A stretch of 62,999 bases of DNA, counting the filler, from Octopus bimaculoides (taxonomy: Eukaryota): assembly GCF_001194135.2 (NCBI RefSeq). It is 7 parts of 6 records of this genome, joined end to end, with 100 filler letters (N's around TTAATTAATTAA, not from the genome) between each part and the next. Parts side by side here need not be neighbours in the genome. Positions count along the whole stretch, not along the records: positions 1 to 11,692 come from NC_068987.1; positions 11,793 to 21,750 come from NC_069000.1; 5 more parts are not named here. The stretch is one strand, 5' to 3'. A program made the translations under genes and the position numbers. This document shows, in pieces, positions 1 through 13,344 of this stretch. A model generated the notes under the pieces. That model saw only the letters and a list, made by a program, of their open reading frames with translations. It was not told the DNA's origin and made no database searches. Numbering within the stretch: the stretch's first letter is position 1; every line of letters begins with the position of its first letter.

Positions 1-174
1 GTTGTTGTTTAACATCTGCTTTCCATGCTGGCATGGGTTGGACAGTTTGACTGAGAAATGGCAGGCTGGGAGGTTGCACTAGGCTCCATTCTGATTTGGC
101 AAAGTTTCTACAGCTGGATGCCCTTCCAAATGCCAACCACTCTGAGAATGTAGTGGGTACTTTTTATGTGCCAC

Positions 175-330
175 ACCTCCATTCAAGCATCTCAACAATC
201 TAACTAGATCTACATTTCAATGTGCCTACATTGACAGTGCCAACTCTGAAAACTTGGAATGGAGGGAACATGGGAAGGAGAGATGTTATTCAGCACCTGA
301 AAAGAAGGTTTCCATGAGAGTAGCTCCTTG
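175..330 (-). mobile_element. RTE-like LINE 5' fragment (APE endonuclease N-terminus), degraded
   Basis: Minus strand reads FRVGTVNVGTLKCRSS*IVEMLEWR, resembling the start of RTE endonucleases. It is adjacent to an RTE-tail-like repeat at 1-172. Confidence 0.6.
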
Positions 331-2859
331 TGGTTCTCTATGTGACAGGTAGTTTATTAGCAGGTATTTTGTATTGTTTTTTAGGTGACATTGAGCTTTA
401 TTTTGTATAGAGTCAAAAGCTTTGTTTATGTCACCAAGAGTTTAAATGGTACATGTGGCAGAGTTCTTTTTTTAAACAGCATGTTTTTTTTTTGTGTTGA
501 ATTTGGGAGTAATGAGCTGGTTGAGTCTTGTGCTGTAATTTAAAAAGCAAAGCATGATGGTTAGTGATGTCAAAGATTAGCCTTTCAAAAATATTTTAGA
601 GTGTGAGTAGGAGAGTGATGGGTCTACCTGATGTTACTTAGGGCTTTAGAATTATTGAAATTTTCACCTGCTTCTGGATTCTGAAAATTTGGCGATATTG
701 GTACAAATAATAATAGCTGCTGGTGAATGCAGAGATTTCTTCAAACTCTAGATGTTTTAGGTATGTTCATGAATTTGTCTTGCCCTGAAGCTTTGAACTT
801 TTTAAGTTCCTTTTGCTTTTTGAAGGAAGAAGCCAAAATTAGGATCTAGATGTTTTGTGCTGCCTGTTTTTTTTTTGTTTTTTTTTTTACATAGTTTTTG
901 GTGACTGATTTTCCAGAAATATCTAGGATTACTGCCACTTTTCATCATCAGAGAAAACCTCCTTTTAGATGATTTGTGTTCAGAACATAATTCACCAGTG
1001 TAAGAGAACATTGAAACACTGCAGTGTTTTGATTTTTTTGTGTATCATCCTTTGGATGTGATGATACCCAACTGGACCACTGACTCTATACCCAACTGGA
1101 TCACATACCCAACTGGACCACTGAATCTAACTAGAGCACATGCTCTTGTTAATAGAAATCAGTAAACAAATTGCATGCTGATGTCTGCCAAACTGATAAT
1201 AATTCATGAAGTGCATGCAGAATAATGAGAATCCAAACAATAACATGTCTATTCATTCTTAATATACTCTGGCAGATTCAAAGGCAAATATCTGAATATT
1301 GTTGTTTTTCTTCATCATAGAAAGCTTCTTTTAGACAATGTTTGCTCATCACATAAGAGACTCACTGGTGTAGAGGACTTTGAGACACCACTGTGTTTTG
1401 GCTGTATTGTAGGTCTCAAAGTCAAAGTTATTCCATTGAATTGATGTATCTAACAAGAATATGATCTCTTATTTATAGAAATCATCAAACAAATTATTTG
1501 TTTATGCATGGTAATGTCTGCCAAACAGATTCATGTGTAAATCTGCCAGAATGTATTATGAATAAATAGGTATGTTATTGTTTGTATTTTCACTGTTTAG
1601 CATGCACCTCATTGATTATTATCTGATATGGGTGTTTACTTGGTGTTGCAGTATGGATATATTATTTGAGGTTGTTACTGTGGGAAAGCATGTGCTGTGT
1701 CAGATACTGAGAGGCCAAAATGTGATAGAAGGGACTGGAACAGGTATCTTGTTGTAGAGGAGAAACATGGCTACCCACCATTCAAAAGAGAGTTAAAGAT
1801 GTTGATGATGAGATATCAGGGCATACTTTGAAGGTACAAGAAGATGAATATAAGAGAGAGAGAATAGGATTAGAAGATTGGGAAGTATGAATGTGTAAGT
1901 TCATGAGAGTGTAAAAGGACAGTGACAGATGGGTAGAAATGGTGATAAAAGTAAATGCAGTGAATGGCAAGCAAAGGTGGAAGCATAATCAATGGGGAAT
2001 ATGAATTTGGAAGGGAAAATGAAGGAAATGAGAATGGTATCGGAGGAGGAGATAAGTGGTAGTACAAAAGGGGTGGTGAGCAGCAGTATAATAAAATTGT
2101 AGATAAGCAAGAAACAGGAAGATGATGTAAACTGTGTGGGGGGAGAGAGGAGTGGTGATACACTGTGGTGATACACTGTGATCAGTAATACAAGAGGATG
2201 GATATAATGAGGGATGAACAAAGGTTAGGGAAGTATCAATAATAGATATGAGAGGGGGTTGAGAATAACAGCAAATTTTGGTACAAGGCCAGTAAATTCA
2301 GGGGAGGGGGTAGGTCGATTACGTTGACCCCTGTTCTCAACTGGTCCTTATTTTATTGACCTTGAAAGGATGAAAAGTTAAATGCCAACCTCACCAGAAT
2401 TTGAACTCAGAAAGTAAAGACAGATGAAATGCTACTAAGCATTTTATCCAGCATGCTAACAATTCTGCCAGCTTGCTACCCTTTGGTCACTGAAAAAAAA
2501 TGAAAACACAGTGTGGCATATAAAAAGCAGGATTCATGTCTTAAAGAGCACAGTAAAACCAACACCAAGAAATGTAAATGCTTTAATTGCATACTTTAAA
2601 AACTGCCAAATACTAAGTAACACACTGGTTAACAATATTGGTTGAAGGCTGTTTACAGCTATAACAGTGATTCATGGAATACCACTGAATGTGAGCTCTG
2701 TAATAAAAGAAGTTTAATTACTAGGGAATTAAGCTGGATGATAATGGACAGCAGGCAGACAACATAAAAGGCAAATTATATTCCTATAAAAATTCCTATG
2801 AATATCCAATGTGGGAATGGAAATATAATAGAACATCAATAGGAGACAGAGATGAGTGA

Positions 2860-3004
2860 ATGAACAGAGAGAAAGAAAGACAGATAGATAGACACAGAGA
2901 GAGGTGGGGTGAGAAATAAATAGAAAGACAGATGGGTAGGTAGATGGATGGATAGGTGGGTGGGTAGATAGATAGATAGATAGATAGATAGGTAGATAGA
3001 TGGG

Positions 3005-3036
<32 letters not shown>

Positions 3037-3275
3037 GAAAGAGAGATAGACAGACAAACAGTTAGACAAAGACAGACAGACAGATAAACAGTCAGATCGA
3101 TAGATATATAAGTTGATAGATAAACACAGACAAACTGATAAATAAATAGATAGGTTTGTTTAGTGCAAGGTATAGTAGAGATGTACATAGATCAATAGAT
3201 AGATAGACAGATAGATAGATGAATAGAGATAGATAGATAGATAAATAGATAGATAGATAGATAGATAGATATAAG
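2860..3275. repeat. (GATA)n/(GACA)n compound microsatellite tract (representative of many: CA, TA, CT, TACA, TAA, GAT, GTT arrays throughout)
   Basis: Directly visible. These tracts account for most of the low-complexity ORFs in the track. Confidence 0.95.
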
Positions 3276-3793
3276 GAATAAATGGGAAGAAGGTGAAATG
3301 TAAGGAAGGACTAATAGACAAAACAAGGAAGAGAAGCAAATAAACGACAGACATATCGAACATGGATGTACAATAGTGGTTGGGTGTGGAGGATGAGGGG
3401 AAAACCTATAAATGCTGCCTAGAAATCATGTGAGTCTGCAGAACATCTTGTTAGGTCATAGTCGTCTCCCTCAGCAATTACTTCCTTCATCACTTTGCCA
3501 GTTTGTGTCTGGGGTGTGTGTGTGTGTAGGTAGGTATTCATATATATATATATAATATATATATTATGTGTGTGTGTCCTTGAGTTAATATATGTTTGTT
3601 TGTATACAAGTGTGTGTGTACATATATATAGTTGAAGCATATAATAAGTGTGGGTGTGTGGCGGGGGGGGTGCTAGAATAATGTGATATATACATTTAAA
3701 CATATATTATGTATAGGCATATTATAAGAATCTGATCAAACTACCAACCAATAAACAAACAAGACACAGGTCGAAACAGATGAACAAAACAAT

Positions 3794-3826
<33 letters not shown>

Positions 3827-5123
3827 CACACATGTATATGCATATATATATATATAAAAATATGTATGGAGAGAGTAAGAGTGGAGTAGGTTACATATGT
3901 TGAGTCTAAGGGTTAGATCTACATACATTATATATAATGTAATGTGTACACGCATACATATACACTGAGAAAGAGAGTGTGGTAGGACAGAGGGAGGGAA
4001 AGAGAGAGAGAGAGAGAGAGTGGTGTTAAGTTAACCGTAACCTGAAGTCCAGCCCACTGAAACTGATATGCGTCACTGAGTGTGCACTAACAATTGTGTG
4101 GTGTGTATGTGTCTGTGTGTGTGTGTGGTAGACAAGCTGATTGGTAGCATAACAGTATATAAATGTGTGTGTGTGTTTGTGTGAATGTGTTAGCACAGGA
4201 GCACTCATGCACATGCAAATACACGTCCTTACACATGCACATACACACGTGTATCAATTAGAGAAACACTTACCAAGTATACAGACACACATACACATTT
4301 CTCCCTATATATGTGTGTGTGTGTGTGTGTGTGTAAACATATATATATATACACACATGTGTACACCACTATGTATAGAATAAATGATAGCTTTTATATT
4401 ATAACTCCCTAAGGAACTCCTTGCAATTGAATATAGAACAGGGCCATCCACCAGCTTTTCATTCCCCGTTTCTTTCATTAAAACATCTAAGGCCTGAACA
4501 CCACAATTTCACAATATCTCCCTCAACATAGTGTCTGTTTAGTGTCAGTTCAATTCAAAAAACAACAATACATGCCAAGGACAAGTATGGTCATGGCTCC
4601 AGGTTCAATCCTACTGTATGGCATCTTCAGCTAGTGTTTTCTACCAAAATCTCATATCAACCAAACCATGTTAGCAAAATAAACCATATGAGAGACCATC
4701 AAATGGAATGCTCCTGTTCTTGAGTGGTAGGCCTGATTAGTCCTATTATTACCATATTTCTATTGAAATAAATTGTCTTTGTTTTTATTGATATTGTAGA
4801 ATAATCAAGAATTTAGTAAAATAACTGTATCATTATTAAGCTGGTGTTTAGAACATAAAGTAACACACAATTTTAATGGATAGCTTTAATTTTGATCAGT
4901 TTAAAACCTGAAGTTTGTATCACAGAACCAGGGCTGCTCTCAGATAAGTTAGTATCAGTAATGAAGAATTTAGTAAAAAAATAACTTTCTTTGTCATTAT
5001 TAAGCTGGTCTAAGGCAGAATCTTAGCACACCAGGCAAAATGCTTAGCAGCATTTAGTCTGTCTTTATATTCTGAGTTTGAGTTCTTCCAAGGTCGACTT
5101 TACCTTTTATCCTTTCTCCATAT

Positions 5124-5480
5124 TTACTCTTTCTGACACATGATTTTGGAAATCCATGTTAGCTTTGATGAAACTAGGGAAAATTTGCACAATAGTTTCA
5201 AAATTATGTCAAGCAAATTGCTTAATTGTTGAGTGGTAGATGTTGATGCTGCAATAGTTGGATATAATTTTAGATCAGATAGTTTGGAAATTTTCCCATA
5301 TGATGTATGGAAGTCTTTTAAGCTGTTATTGATTTCTTTAGTTATACAGATTTTTGGCAATACATAAAAGATGCTTGTTTTTACTTCAAAATTAATGAGC
5401 TAGTCCAACATCTTTTGCGTTAAGTCATTATTTAAGTCGTCTGTTAATTTACTAATTGTGTTCATTGTTTCATCATCTTC
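5124..5480 (-). mobile_element. Penelope-like element reverse transcriptase fragment
   Basis: NFEVKTSIFYVLPKI...LKLYPTIAASTSTTQQLSNLLDIILKLL resembles the PLE motif FYGLPKIHK...LRPII...T..LS..LD.ILKP. Contains a stop codon. Confidence 0.7.
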
Positions 5481-5708
5481 ATTTAGCATCCACTTTTCCA
5501 TGCTTGCACGAGTCAGACAAAATTCGTTGAAGCAGTTTTTTTCTAGCAGGATATTCTTTCTTATTGTTAACCCTCATCTGTTTCCATGCAAGGTAATATT
5601 TCCCCATGCCTAGAAATGTTTTCCACGGAAGATTGGATAGAAACACCACTTATATACCAATGACACTCACTTACAACCATCACATGATATCAAGACAAGG
5701 GTACACAA

Positions 5709-5752
<44 letters not shown>

Positions 5753-5998
5753 GCGCATACCTGACATATACCAAAGTGGTGCTGCTGCCATCACTGCCCC
5801 ACCAATGGAGGTGCATTCCTGATGTATTTTTAGAAATAGCTATATTAATGATTTAGATCTAACTAACTATTTATTGAGTTCCTCAGCAGCAACAAGTCTT
5901 CATAAAATTTGAGAGATTTGAATTTTATGAGGTTTCACTTTTTGTTAATGTGACATCACTGAAAAGAGTGTATATTTACATATGCATACATACATATA

Positions 5999-6826
5999 CA
6001 GGAGTTGGACAAAATAATGGAAACACTTTAAAATTCCAAACAAATTTATTTTAGTATGGGGCAGGACTGCCTTTGGCAGTGATTACAGCTTGAATTCTAT
6101 GAGGTATGGACTCGTACAAAGTTTGAATTGTTTCCAAAGGAATTTTTGTCCATTCTTCAGCTAAAACAGTCTCCAGTTCTTGTAGTGATGATAGTGGAGG
6201 ATATTGACTCCTTACTTGTTTTTCTAAAATGCACCATAACTGTTCAATCATATTGAGATCTGGGGACTGTGGTGGCTAGATAAGATGTTCAACTTCACTA
6301 AAATGCCATTCAGTAACAACTTTAACTGTGTGAATTAATTCATTATCATCCTGAAAGATTATGTTTCCCTCCGGAAACAGTTCTGCAACCATAGGATGAA
6401 TTTGATCAGATAAAATGCTTGAATAGTTTTCAGTATTAATTCTGTCATGAAGGGAAACCATTGGGCCAGCGGATTTCCAAGATATGCCCCCACTCTCCCG
6501 CCAGATCATCACAGATCCTCCTCCATGTTTAACAGTGGAAGAAGGCAGTCTGGATCCGATGCTTCTTTTGGCTGTCTCNNNNNNNNNNNNNNNNNNNNNN
6601 NNNNNNNNNNNNNNNNNNNNNNNNNNNNNNNNGTCATTTTAATGAATTTTAATTAGCTTTTTCTGATGATATCTGAAAAGGAACAGCAATTTTAGCAAAA
6701 CATATTAAGCAACACTAATAATAAATCAAAAAACATAAAAATAAACAAGCTTTTGACAGTTTTATAGATATTTCAAAATTATGATGATATGATGCTAGGT
6801 GTTTCCATTATTTTGTCCAACCCCTA
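5999..6826 (-). mobile_element. Tc1-family DNA transposon, internally deleted and defective
   Basis: 28-bp TIRs CAGGAGTTGGACAAAATAATGGAAACAC / GTGTTTCCATTATTTTGTCCAACCCCTA flanked by TA. Transposase C-terminal fragments (IFQDDN, IEQLWCILEKQV, WTKIPLETIQTLYESIPHRIQAVITAKG) with frameshift; gap inside. Confidence 0.9.
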
Positions 6827-7077
6827 TATATATATATATAATATATATATATGTATGTATATATTTATGTATGTATTTATATTATCTTAGTTGAAAAACT
6901 TCGATAAGGTAAATATATTAATAGTTACCAGGGTAGCAAAATTCACAAAGAAACTGGTATATTATACCTGGTTAAAAGGTAGAAATTCCATGTTAAAGTG
7001 ATGTATTTTGAGTTGATATAATAAAGAATAAATGGATCAAAACACATATAATAAATAAGTTCCTTTAATTCCGACAT

Positions 7078-7110
<33 letters not shown>

Positions 7111-7112
<2 letters not shown>

Positions 7113-7236
7113 AGGGGTGCTGAAAAGTTCCTGGCTTTAAGGGTATCAGGAAAGCCCAACCTTCCAAGTTCTTTTACAGGGCTTAGAAAAACTGAAGGGC
7201 CGTTGCAATAAGTGTGTGAATCTGAGAGGCCCCTCA
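7111..7236 (+). mobile_element. Mariner-derived 126-bp deletion derivative
   Basis: Starts with the mariner-type end GAGGGGTGCTGAAAAGTTCCTGG and ends CCCCTCA|TA. The internal GLEKLKGRCNKCVNLRG resembles a mariner transposase C-terminus. Confidence 0.7.
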
Positions 7237-7239
7237 TAT

Positions 7240-7272
<33 letters not shown>

Positions 7273-8967
7273 AGAAGAAGAGAAAAAGGGATTTTAAAAT
7301 CCAGGCAAACATCAATAAAGCACTCGGTTTTAAACAAATTTAGTTAACTACATCAAACAGACACCAATAAATGCAAGTAGAATACATATCCAAGGTAATT
7401 CCTCATGTATGACAAGTAGATCCAAATATCATTTAGAAGAATTTCAAGAAATTCAGAGTATTAGACAACAAAAATGTGGTTAGAGAAAATCACATTTATA
7501 AAAATAATTGTTGAATTCAACATACAAAGCTGACAATAGTTTCTGTTGTATCAACATATTTAGATACAGAAAATATCATTTAAATTAGTATATCCAGATA
7601 TACATGCTAACACAATGCTTTCAAAGTGATCCAAAATTAGTTAAATACAAAGTGAACTAAGAAAATATGTCCAGTTCACAAAAACATACAAAAGAATGTT
7701 AAGAAGAAATATAGTCTAAGAGTTGAAATCAAAAATAGCTTTTCTTAGATTATGTTTCTGCTCAACATTCTTTTTGTATGCATTTGTGTACTGGAGATAA
7801 GTCCACTTTGGATTGAATTGATTTTGGATTGCCTTGAAGATGTGTCAACATGTATTTTCAGATATATTAATTTCAATGATATTATCTATATCTAAATATA
7901 CTGATGCAACAGAAATGATTGTCAGCTTTGTATGGTGAATTCAACAATTAAAGATGTGATTTTCTCTATACTGTTTTACTCTTTACTCTTTTACTTGTTT
8001 CAGTCATTTGACTGTGGGCATGCTGGAGCACCGCCTTTCAGTTGAGCAAAAAAAAAAAACTTATTCTTTGTAAGCCTANNNNNNNNNNTGTGTGTGTGTG
8101 TGTGTGTAAAGATAGATAGATAGATACGCGCGCGCACACACACACACGCACTGGATAAATTAAAATCGCATTTCATTTTTGTCCTTGATAAAGCTTTGAG
8201 CTGCACCATGAGTGCAGTGCATTTGCAGAAACTCATTTGTGTGCCAGTATGAAAAATGTATCAGCATCACCATCATCATTGCCATTGTCCTGGTCGTTAT
8301 TTTAATGACAAACTGTTCTGTGGTAGAATGGAATCTGACAGAATTTCTTAAAGCAGGTTTTATATGGCTGATTGCCCTTCCTGTTGTCAACCCTTATCTG
8401 TTTGCAAGTAAGCTAATATTTCCCCTTGTTCAGACTTCTCTTCTCATTTTTATCTGGGGTACTGCCTTGAAGAATTTTTTTTTATCCAGGGCACTGCCTT
8501 GAAGAATTTTTAGTCGAATGAATCGACCCTAGAACTTATTGATTTGTGTTTTTTTACCTTTTAAGCCTGGCACTTATTCTATCAATCTTTTTTGCTGAAT
8601 CACTAAGTTACAGGAATGTAAACAAACCAACATTGGTCGTCAAGCGGTGGTGGGGGACAAACACACACACACATGATGGGCTTCTTTCAATTTCCGTCTA
8701 CCAAATTCACTCACAAGATTTTTGGTCAGCCCAAGGCTGTAGTAGAAGACACTTGCCCAAGGTGTCACTCAATGGGATTCAACCCAGAACCATGTGGCTG
8801 GAAAGCAAGCTTTTTACCACACAGCCACACATGCACCCGTATCCATCTAACACATATACACATTACAGTTATGGTTTTTTTTTTTTTTTTGTCTTTTCTG
8901 TTCCAGATCCCAAATTTCTTGCAGAAGGATTTAAATGGTTTGTTTCAGCATTACAATGCTGGCAGCA

Positions 8968-9197
8968 ATGAATGAAGACAATGCTGTGTTATCGGGTCGT
9001 AACCTTATTATTGATGAGAGTAGTTTTGAGGAGAACTTCTTGCGGTGCATGATTTGTCGGGAGAAATTCAGCAAACAAGAACACCTACCAAAATTTCTAC
9101 AGTGCAATCACACTTTCTGCTTGCTGTGCTTGAAAAATGTTCTCAAACATTCTAATAACAACAGCCAAACCTTAAGACCTGATAAAAATATCCTTAG
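8968..9197 (+). CDS. RING-finger (C3HC4, TRIM/RBCC-type) E3 ligase, N-terminal coding exon
   Basis: MNEDNAVLSGRNLIIDESSFEENFLRCMICREKFSKQEHLPKFLQCNHTFCLLCLKNV gives CxxC-x15-CxH-x2-CxxC. Polypyrimidine TTCCAG acceptor (exon starts 8907) and AG|GTAAGT donor after 9197. In-frame ATGs also at 8935 and 8956. The last RING CxxC pair must lie in a later exon. Confidence 0.85.
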
Positions 9198-11654
9198 GTA
9201 AGTATGTCTCTTAATTCTCTTAATTTCATCTGTTGAATTCTTTCATTTCATTGAGTTTCCCAATTTTTTTTTTTTAACTTCTGAAGTTGTAGAAGACATC
9301 TTCCCCAGGTGCCATGTGGTTGGATTGAACCTGAGACCACATGGTTGAGAAGTAACCTTCTCAACCATTTAGCTATGTGTGTGTAATTTAAATTTAAATA
9401 TTCTCATTCTCTTTTCCTTTCTGTCTGTCTCTGTCTCTCTCTCTCTCTCCCTCCCTCCCTCTTGCTTTTGTCATTATCATTAACAATTTAGCATCCACTG
9501 TACCATCAGGTTAGAATAAATTTGTTGAGGCAGATTTTCTACAGCAAAGATGTCCTTCCCGTTGCCAACCCTTGCCTGTTTCCAAGCAAAGTAATATTTC
9601 CTATGACAAGACATGTTTTTCATGAATGACTGGGAATAAACAATGTTGCTAGTTTGACAGTGATGTTCGTTTACAGCCATCACATGTGTACAAGTGTACG
9701 CACAAACATATGCATATGCAACAGGCTTCTTTCAGTTTCTATCTGCCATATATACTCACAAGGCTTTGGTTCACCTGGTGCTTTATCAGACGACATGTTT
9801 CCGAAGTATCATGCAGTAGGACTGAACATGAGACCACAAGGTTGTGAAGCAAGCTTCTTAACCATACAATCATGCCTCAGCTCAAAACCAACCAAAACTG
9901 ACAAGACTCTCTGATCGCCCATTTGAGTGGGTTGGTAAATAATGCAGAATTTGAGCTATGTCATCAGATGAAATAGATTTTATGTTAAATGTAAATCTCA
10001 GTGTAATGAAATATGAACACGGTGTTAAAATTTTTAAAGGTTATGGAAGACAATAATGACAGAATTAATATGAATTAATTAAAGGAATTTCTAATAAATT
10101 GAAGGGAATTTTAGTAATATAATTAAAATATAAATATTGCATAATCACTATCAGTATGTAAATAATTTTGAAATATGAATTATTATTATAATAAAGGTGA
10201 TGGAATTGACTGTATTTATAAATAAATGCATATACTTATATAGACATATATACACATGTAGTCAAATTTATATAGATACATATATATAACAATTACAATA
10301 TACACCACATTCACAGCAACTTACACACATGGATGTACAACACAATATATAATACAGACACATTTACACACAGCATACAAGACATATGCACAAGAGCTTC
10401 ATAATAATAATGAAGAGGAGGAGGGTGGTGGTGGCATAGGTGCTGTCAACGGTGGCGGAAGTGATAATGTTGATGATGATGATGATGATGAGGACGCTGG
10501 TGGGTTAAAAAATTTTTTTTTTTTTACTCCGGCTTTGAACATCCCCTGTTATCGATTTTGACAGGGTGGCTACAGCAAGAGAGGGGAGGGTGCCATTGTC
10601 CTGCTCACATCACATTAAATACCATTGCCACCCTCAGTAGAAATATCACAGGGTTAGGGGTGAGGCATATGACTGTAATGTGCCACCATGGTGCCAGTGA
10701 AATACCATAGAAACTCCTGTAAATGTTAATGGAAGTGATGATGATGATGATAATTGTGATTATGATGATGATGGTGGAAGTGGAAACCATGGTATTGATG
10801 ATGATGAGGAGGAGGAGGAGGAGGAAAATGTTAAAATATCTATAGTAGTATTAGATGATAGAATGATGATAGATGTGATGATAAAATGTCATGGAAACCA
10901 TTATTGTTAGCAATAATGATGATGGTGGTGGTGGTGATGATTGTTAGTGGTGGTGGTGTTGGTGATAATAGTGGTGATGGGGGTGGGAGTAGCAGTGCCC
11001 GGTTAGTGGCGGTGATAGTTCACCATCTCATTTTCAACCTCCTCTTCTGTTTCTATAAGACATTACGCATAACACAAGAACACAAGAGATGTTGCCCAGC
11101 CAACACTGACCAATCCACTTCTACCATTGATGTTTCTATTCATCAGCAAGGTCAGCAGCTTCCCTAAAATTGAACATCACATCTGACCAGAACCTCAAGA
11201 CTTGGGAAAATGTAGGTTTTTGTTTTTTGGCAAAATGCAGGCGACACAATAGGACTGTGTAGGTTTATATCTGTGCTTCGAAAAGATGGCCACTGACCTA
11301 TACAACCATGTGCTCATTTTGCACAGCTATACATACACCTACACAGTTATGCCTGCACCTGCCCTATGCAACCATGCCTGCTACATCACACCTGCTTTTA
11401 TCCTTTTTTTTTTTATTATTCTTTTACATGTTCCAGTCATTTGACTGTGGCCATGCTGGAGCACCTCCATAAAGGTTTTTAGTCAAAGAAATCAACCCCA
11501 GGGCTTATTATTTGTAAGCCTAGTACTCATTCTATCAGTCTCTTTTGCCAAACCACTAAGTTATCAGGGGTGTAAACACACCAACATTGGTTGTCAAGCA
11601 ATGGTGGGAGGACAAACACAGACACACACATGAATATATATATATGTATGTATG

Positions 11655-11692
<38 letters not shown>

Positions 11693-11792
11693 NNNNNNNN
11701 NNNNNNNNNNNNNNNNNNNNNNNNNNNNNNNNNNNNTTAATTAATTAANNNNNNNNNNNNNNNNNNNNNNNNNNNNNNNNNNNNNNNNNNNN
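11693..11792. other. Artificial scaffold linker 44N-TTAATTAATTAA-44N (first of six)
   Basis: Identical 100-bp structure at 11693-11792, 21751-21850, 29853-29952, 34805-34904, 41101-41200 and 49524-49623. The 12-mer is palindromic and has TAA in all six frames. Confidence 0.95.
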
Positions 11793-11884
11793 AGTTCCAA
11801 TATCAAATCAGATATTTTATTACTTGTCTATTTTTGTTTGTCATACATCCATAACTATTAGTGACAAGAAATTGAAGTACCTAC

Positions 11885-12063
11885 CTCTGGCAATATTGAT
11901 TAAAGTTGCAGTCTTCTTCATTACAACCAGTTCCTTGTGACCAATCAAATGATATGTTTGTGGTGTCAAGGCACAGGTAATCACAACATAGTCACACAAT
12001 GGTAACATGTCCATTAAGCTACTATAAAACTGAGCATCCACTTTTGCTTCTTCTTCTTTGGAT
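11885..12063 (-). CDS. GRHPR-like: GRHPR-like dehydrogenase, third exon
   Basis: SKEEEAKVDAQFYSSLMDMLPLCDYVVITCALTPQTYHLIGHKELVVMKKTATLINIARG; NIARG carries the family catalytic Arg. GACAG acceptor and GTAGGT donor, 179 nt. The downstream exons with catalytic Glu/His are not found, and the scaffold ends at 11793. Confidence 0.92.
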
Positions 12064-12769
12064 CTGTCGAAGAAATTGATTGATTTATTAATTGTGTATT
12101 CTAACACCAATGCTAAGTAGTCTCTGGAATGTGTCTGAAGAAGAGTATTTTGGTCTTACTGTTTTGCATCTATTTTTAGTATTGTAATGGATAGATTTAC
12201 TTCTGGAATAAAAGTGGTGTTTGCAGTAGAAACACTTTGTACTGCAAAAACTCAGGTAAGAAGCAGGTGTGGCTATTGTGTTGTCATGCAGGTAGACAGT
12301 TCAATCAAAGATAGAATTATGACATAAGCACACACCTCAATAATGTGAGACAATGAAACCAAGATATCTTGTGTGTAATTGCTTGCTCTGTTAGAAATTG
12401 CAGCCAAATTTATTTCAAATCACAATGCACTATCAAAGAAAGAAAAAGATAGATGAAATAATGTAGTCTTCAATAAACTGTTCGAATAAAAGATGGGCTG
12501 CTTTTGTTCTGAAGTCTTCAGGGTCAGAGCTTATCTGAGACTGAACAACAACTGTTCAATAACTGTATAGTTTGAACTCAAAACTATGTGGTTAGTAGTT
12601 CTAGTGTAACATCTCATTCAATATCACTCTGTTAACTAACAAGACATCAGTTACATGGCTAATTAAGTCATCTTTTGGGAAACTGATCAAGAGATCTTGT
12701 TATTGCTTGCAAACCTCTGGTCCCCCCTCTCTCTCTCTCTTTTCTATTGTTGCTATAATGGTTCCTGTA

Positions 12770-12990
12770 CTTCGAAGCTCGTTGGTCTCTTAACCCCATC
12801 TACACTGCCAACCACCACACCATTTGTACCCCCACCTCTCATCACCCTTATTGGATAAACCACAATGCCGAATTCCTCATCTAAGAGCATTGGCTCTCTG
12901 GAATCTCCTCCCTCATGTCTTTCCTGAAGTTTCTAATCTGAAATAGTTTAAACAGAACACAAACAGCATCTATCTAACTAGTCTTCGAGC
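12770..12990 (+). mobile_element. CR1/L2-like LINE 3' fragment in intron 2 of the dehydrogenase
   Basis: Degraded similarity to the ...SF..R...WNxLP..VFP...NL..FK LINE terminus. Confidence 0.35.
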
Positions 12991-13111
12991 GCCTACAAAA
13001 ATCATGTGTATTCCTCTTCCACCAGACTCAGAAAGTACTAAAAATCCATGCATCTATCCTTCAATTCACTTGTCTTAATGTCCCAAACACAAATCTACTT
13101 CAAACACTCAC

Positions 13112-13286
13112 CTTTGTCTCCTCTGATGATACAATACCTTCATTTCAAAAGCATGAGCTCTGATTGCCAGCTTGTAGCCAATGGTTCCCATTCCAATTAT
13201 GCCAATCGAATTTCCTGTGACGTCATGTGCCATAAGTTCTGGTGGATACAATTTTTTTTTCAATGTCTTCGGAAAATATTCAGCAC
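13112..13286 (-). CDS. GRHPR-like: GRHPR-like dehydrogenase, second exon (Rossmann fold)
   Basis: HDVTGNSIGIIGMGTIGYKLAIRAHAFEMKVLYHQRRQ contains the GxGxxG dinucleotide-binding motif. CTTCAG acceptor and GTGAGT donor. 175 nt; phases 1 and 2 join both neighbouring exons in frame. Confidence 0.92.
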
Positions 13287-13299
13287 CTGAAGATATATA

Positions 13300-13331
<32 letters not shown>

Positions 13332-13344
13332 AATAACAATAATA

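Noticed and set aside
1840-2260. Possible PLE GIY-YIG remnant (also 7330-7960 as a possible PLE C-terminal part)
   Set aside because: Only faint motif resemblance in purine-rich or AT-rich sequence; too degraded to support.
3419-3520. Minus-strand peptide GKVMKEVIAEGDDYDLTRCSADSHDF as the missing dehydrogenase exon
   Set aside because: It does not resemble the expected VDxxAL...DV..EP...TPH sequence, has no good acceptor, and is on a different scaffold.
10560-10720. Possible second RING exon after TTTTGACAG
   Set aside because: The phase-2 continuation reaches a stop after about 24 codons and lacks the required CxxC pair.
11737-11748. Recurrent TTAATTAATTAA as a biological motif (piggyBac TTAA or PacI-like site)
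   Set aside because: It is always centred between exactly 44 N on each side, so it is an assembly spacer.
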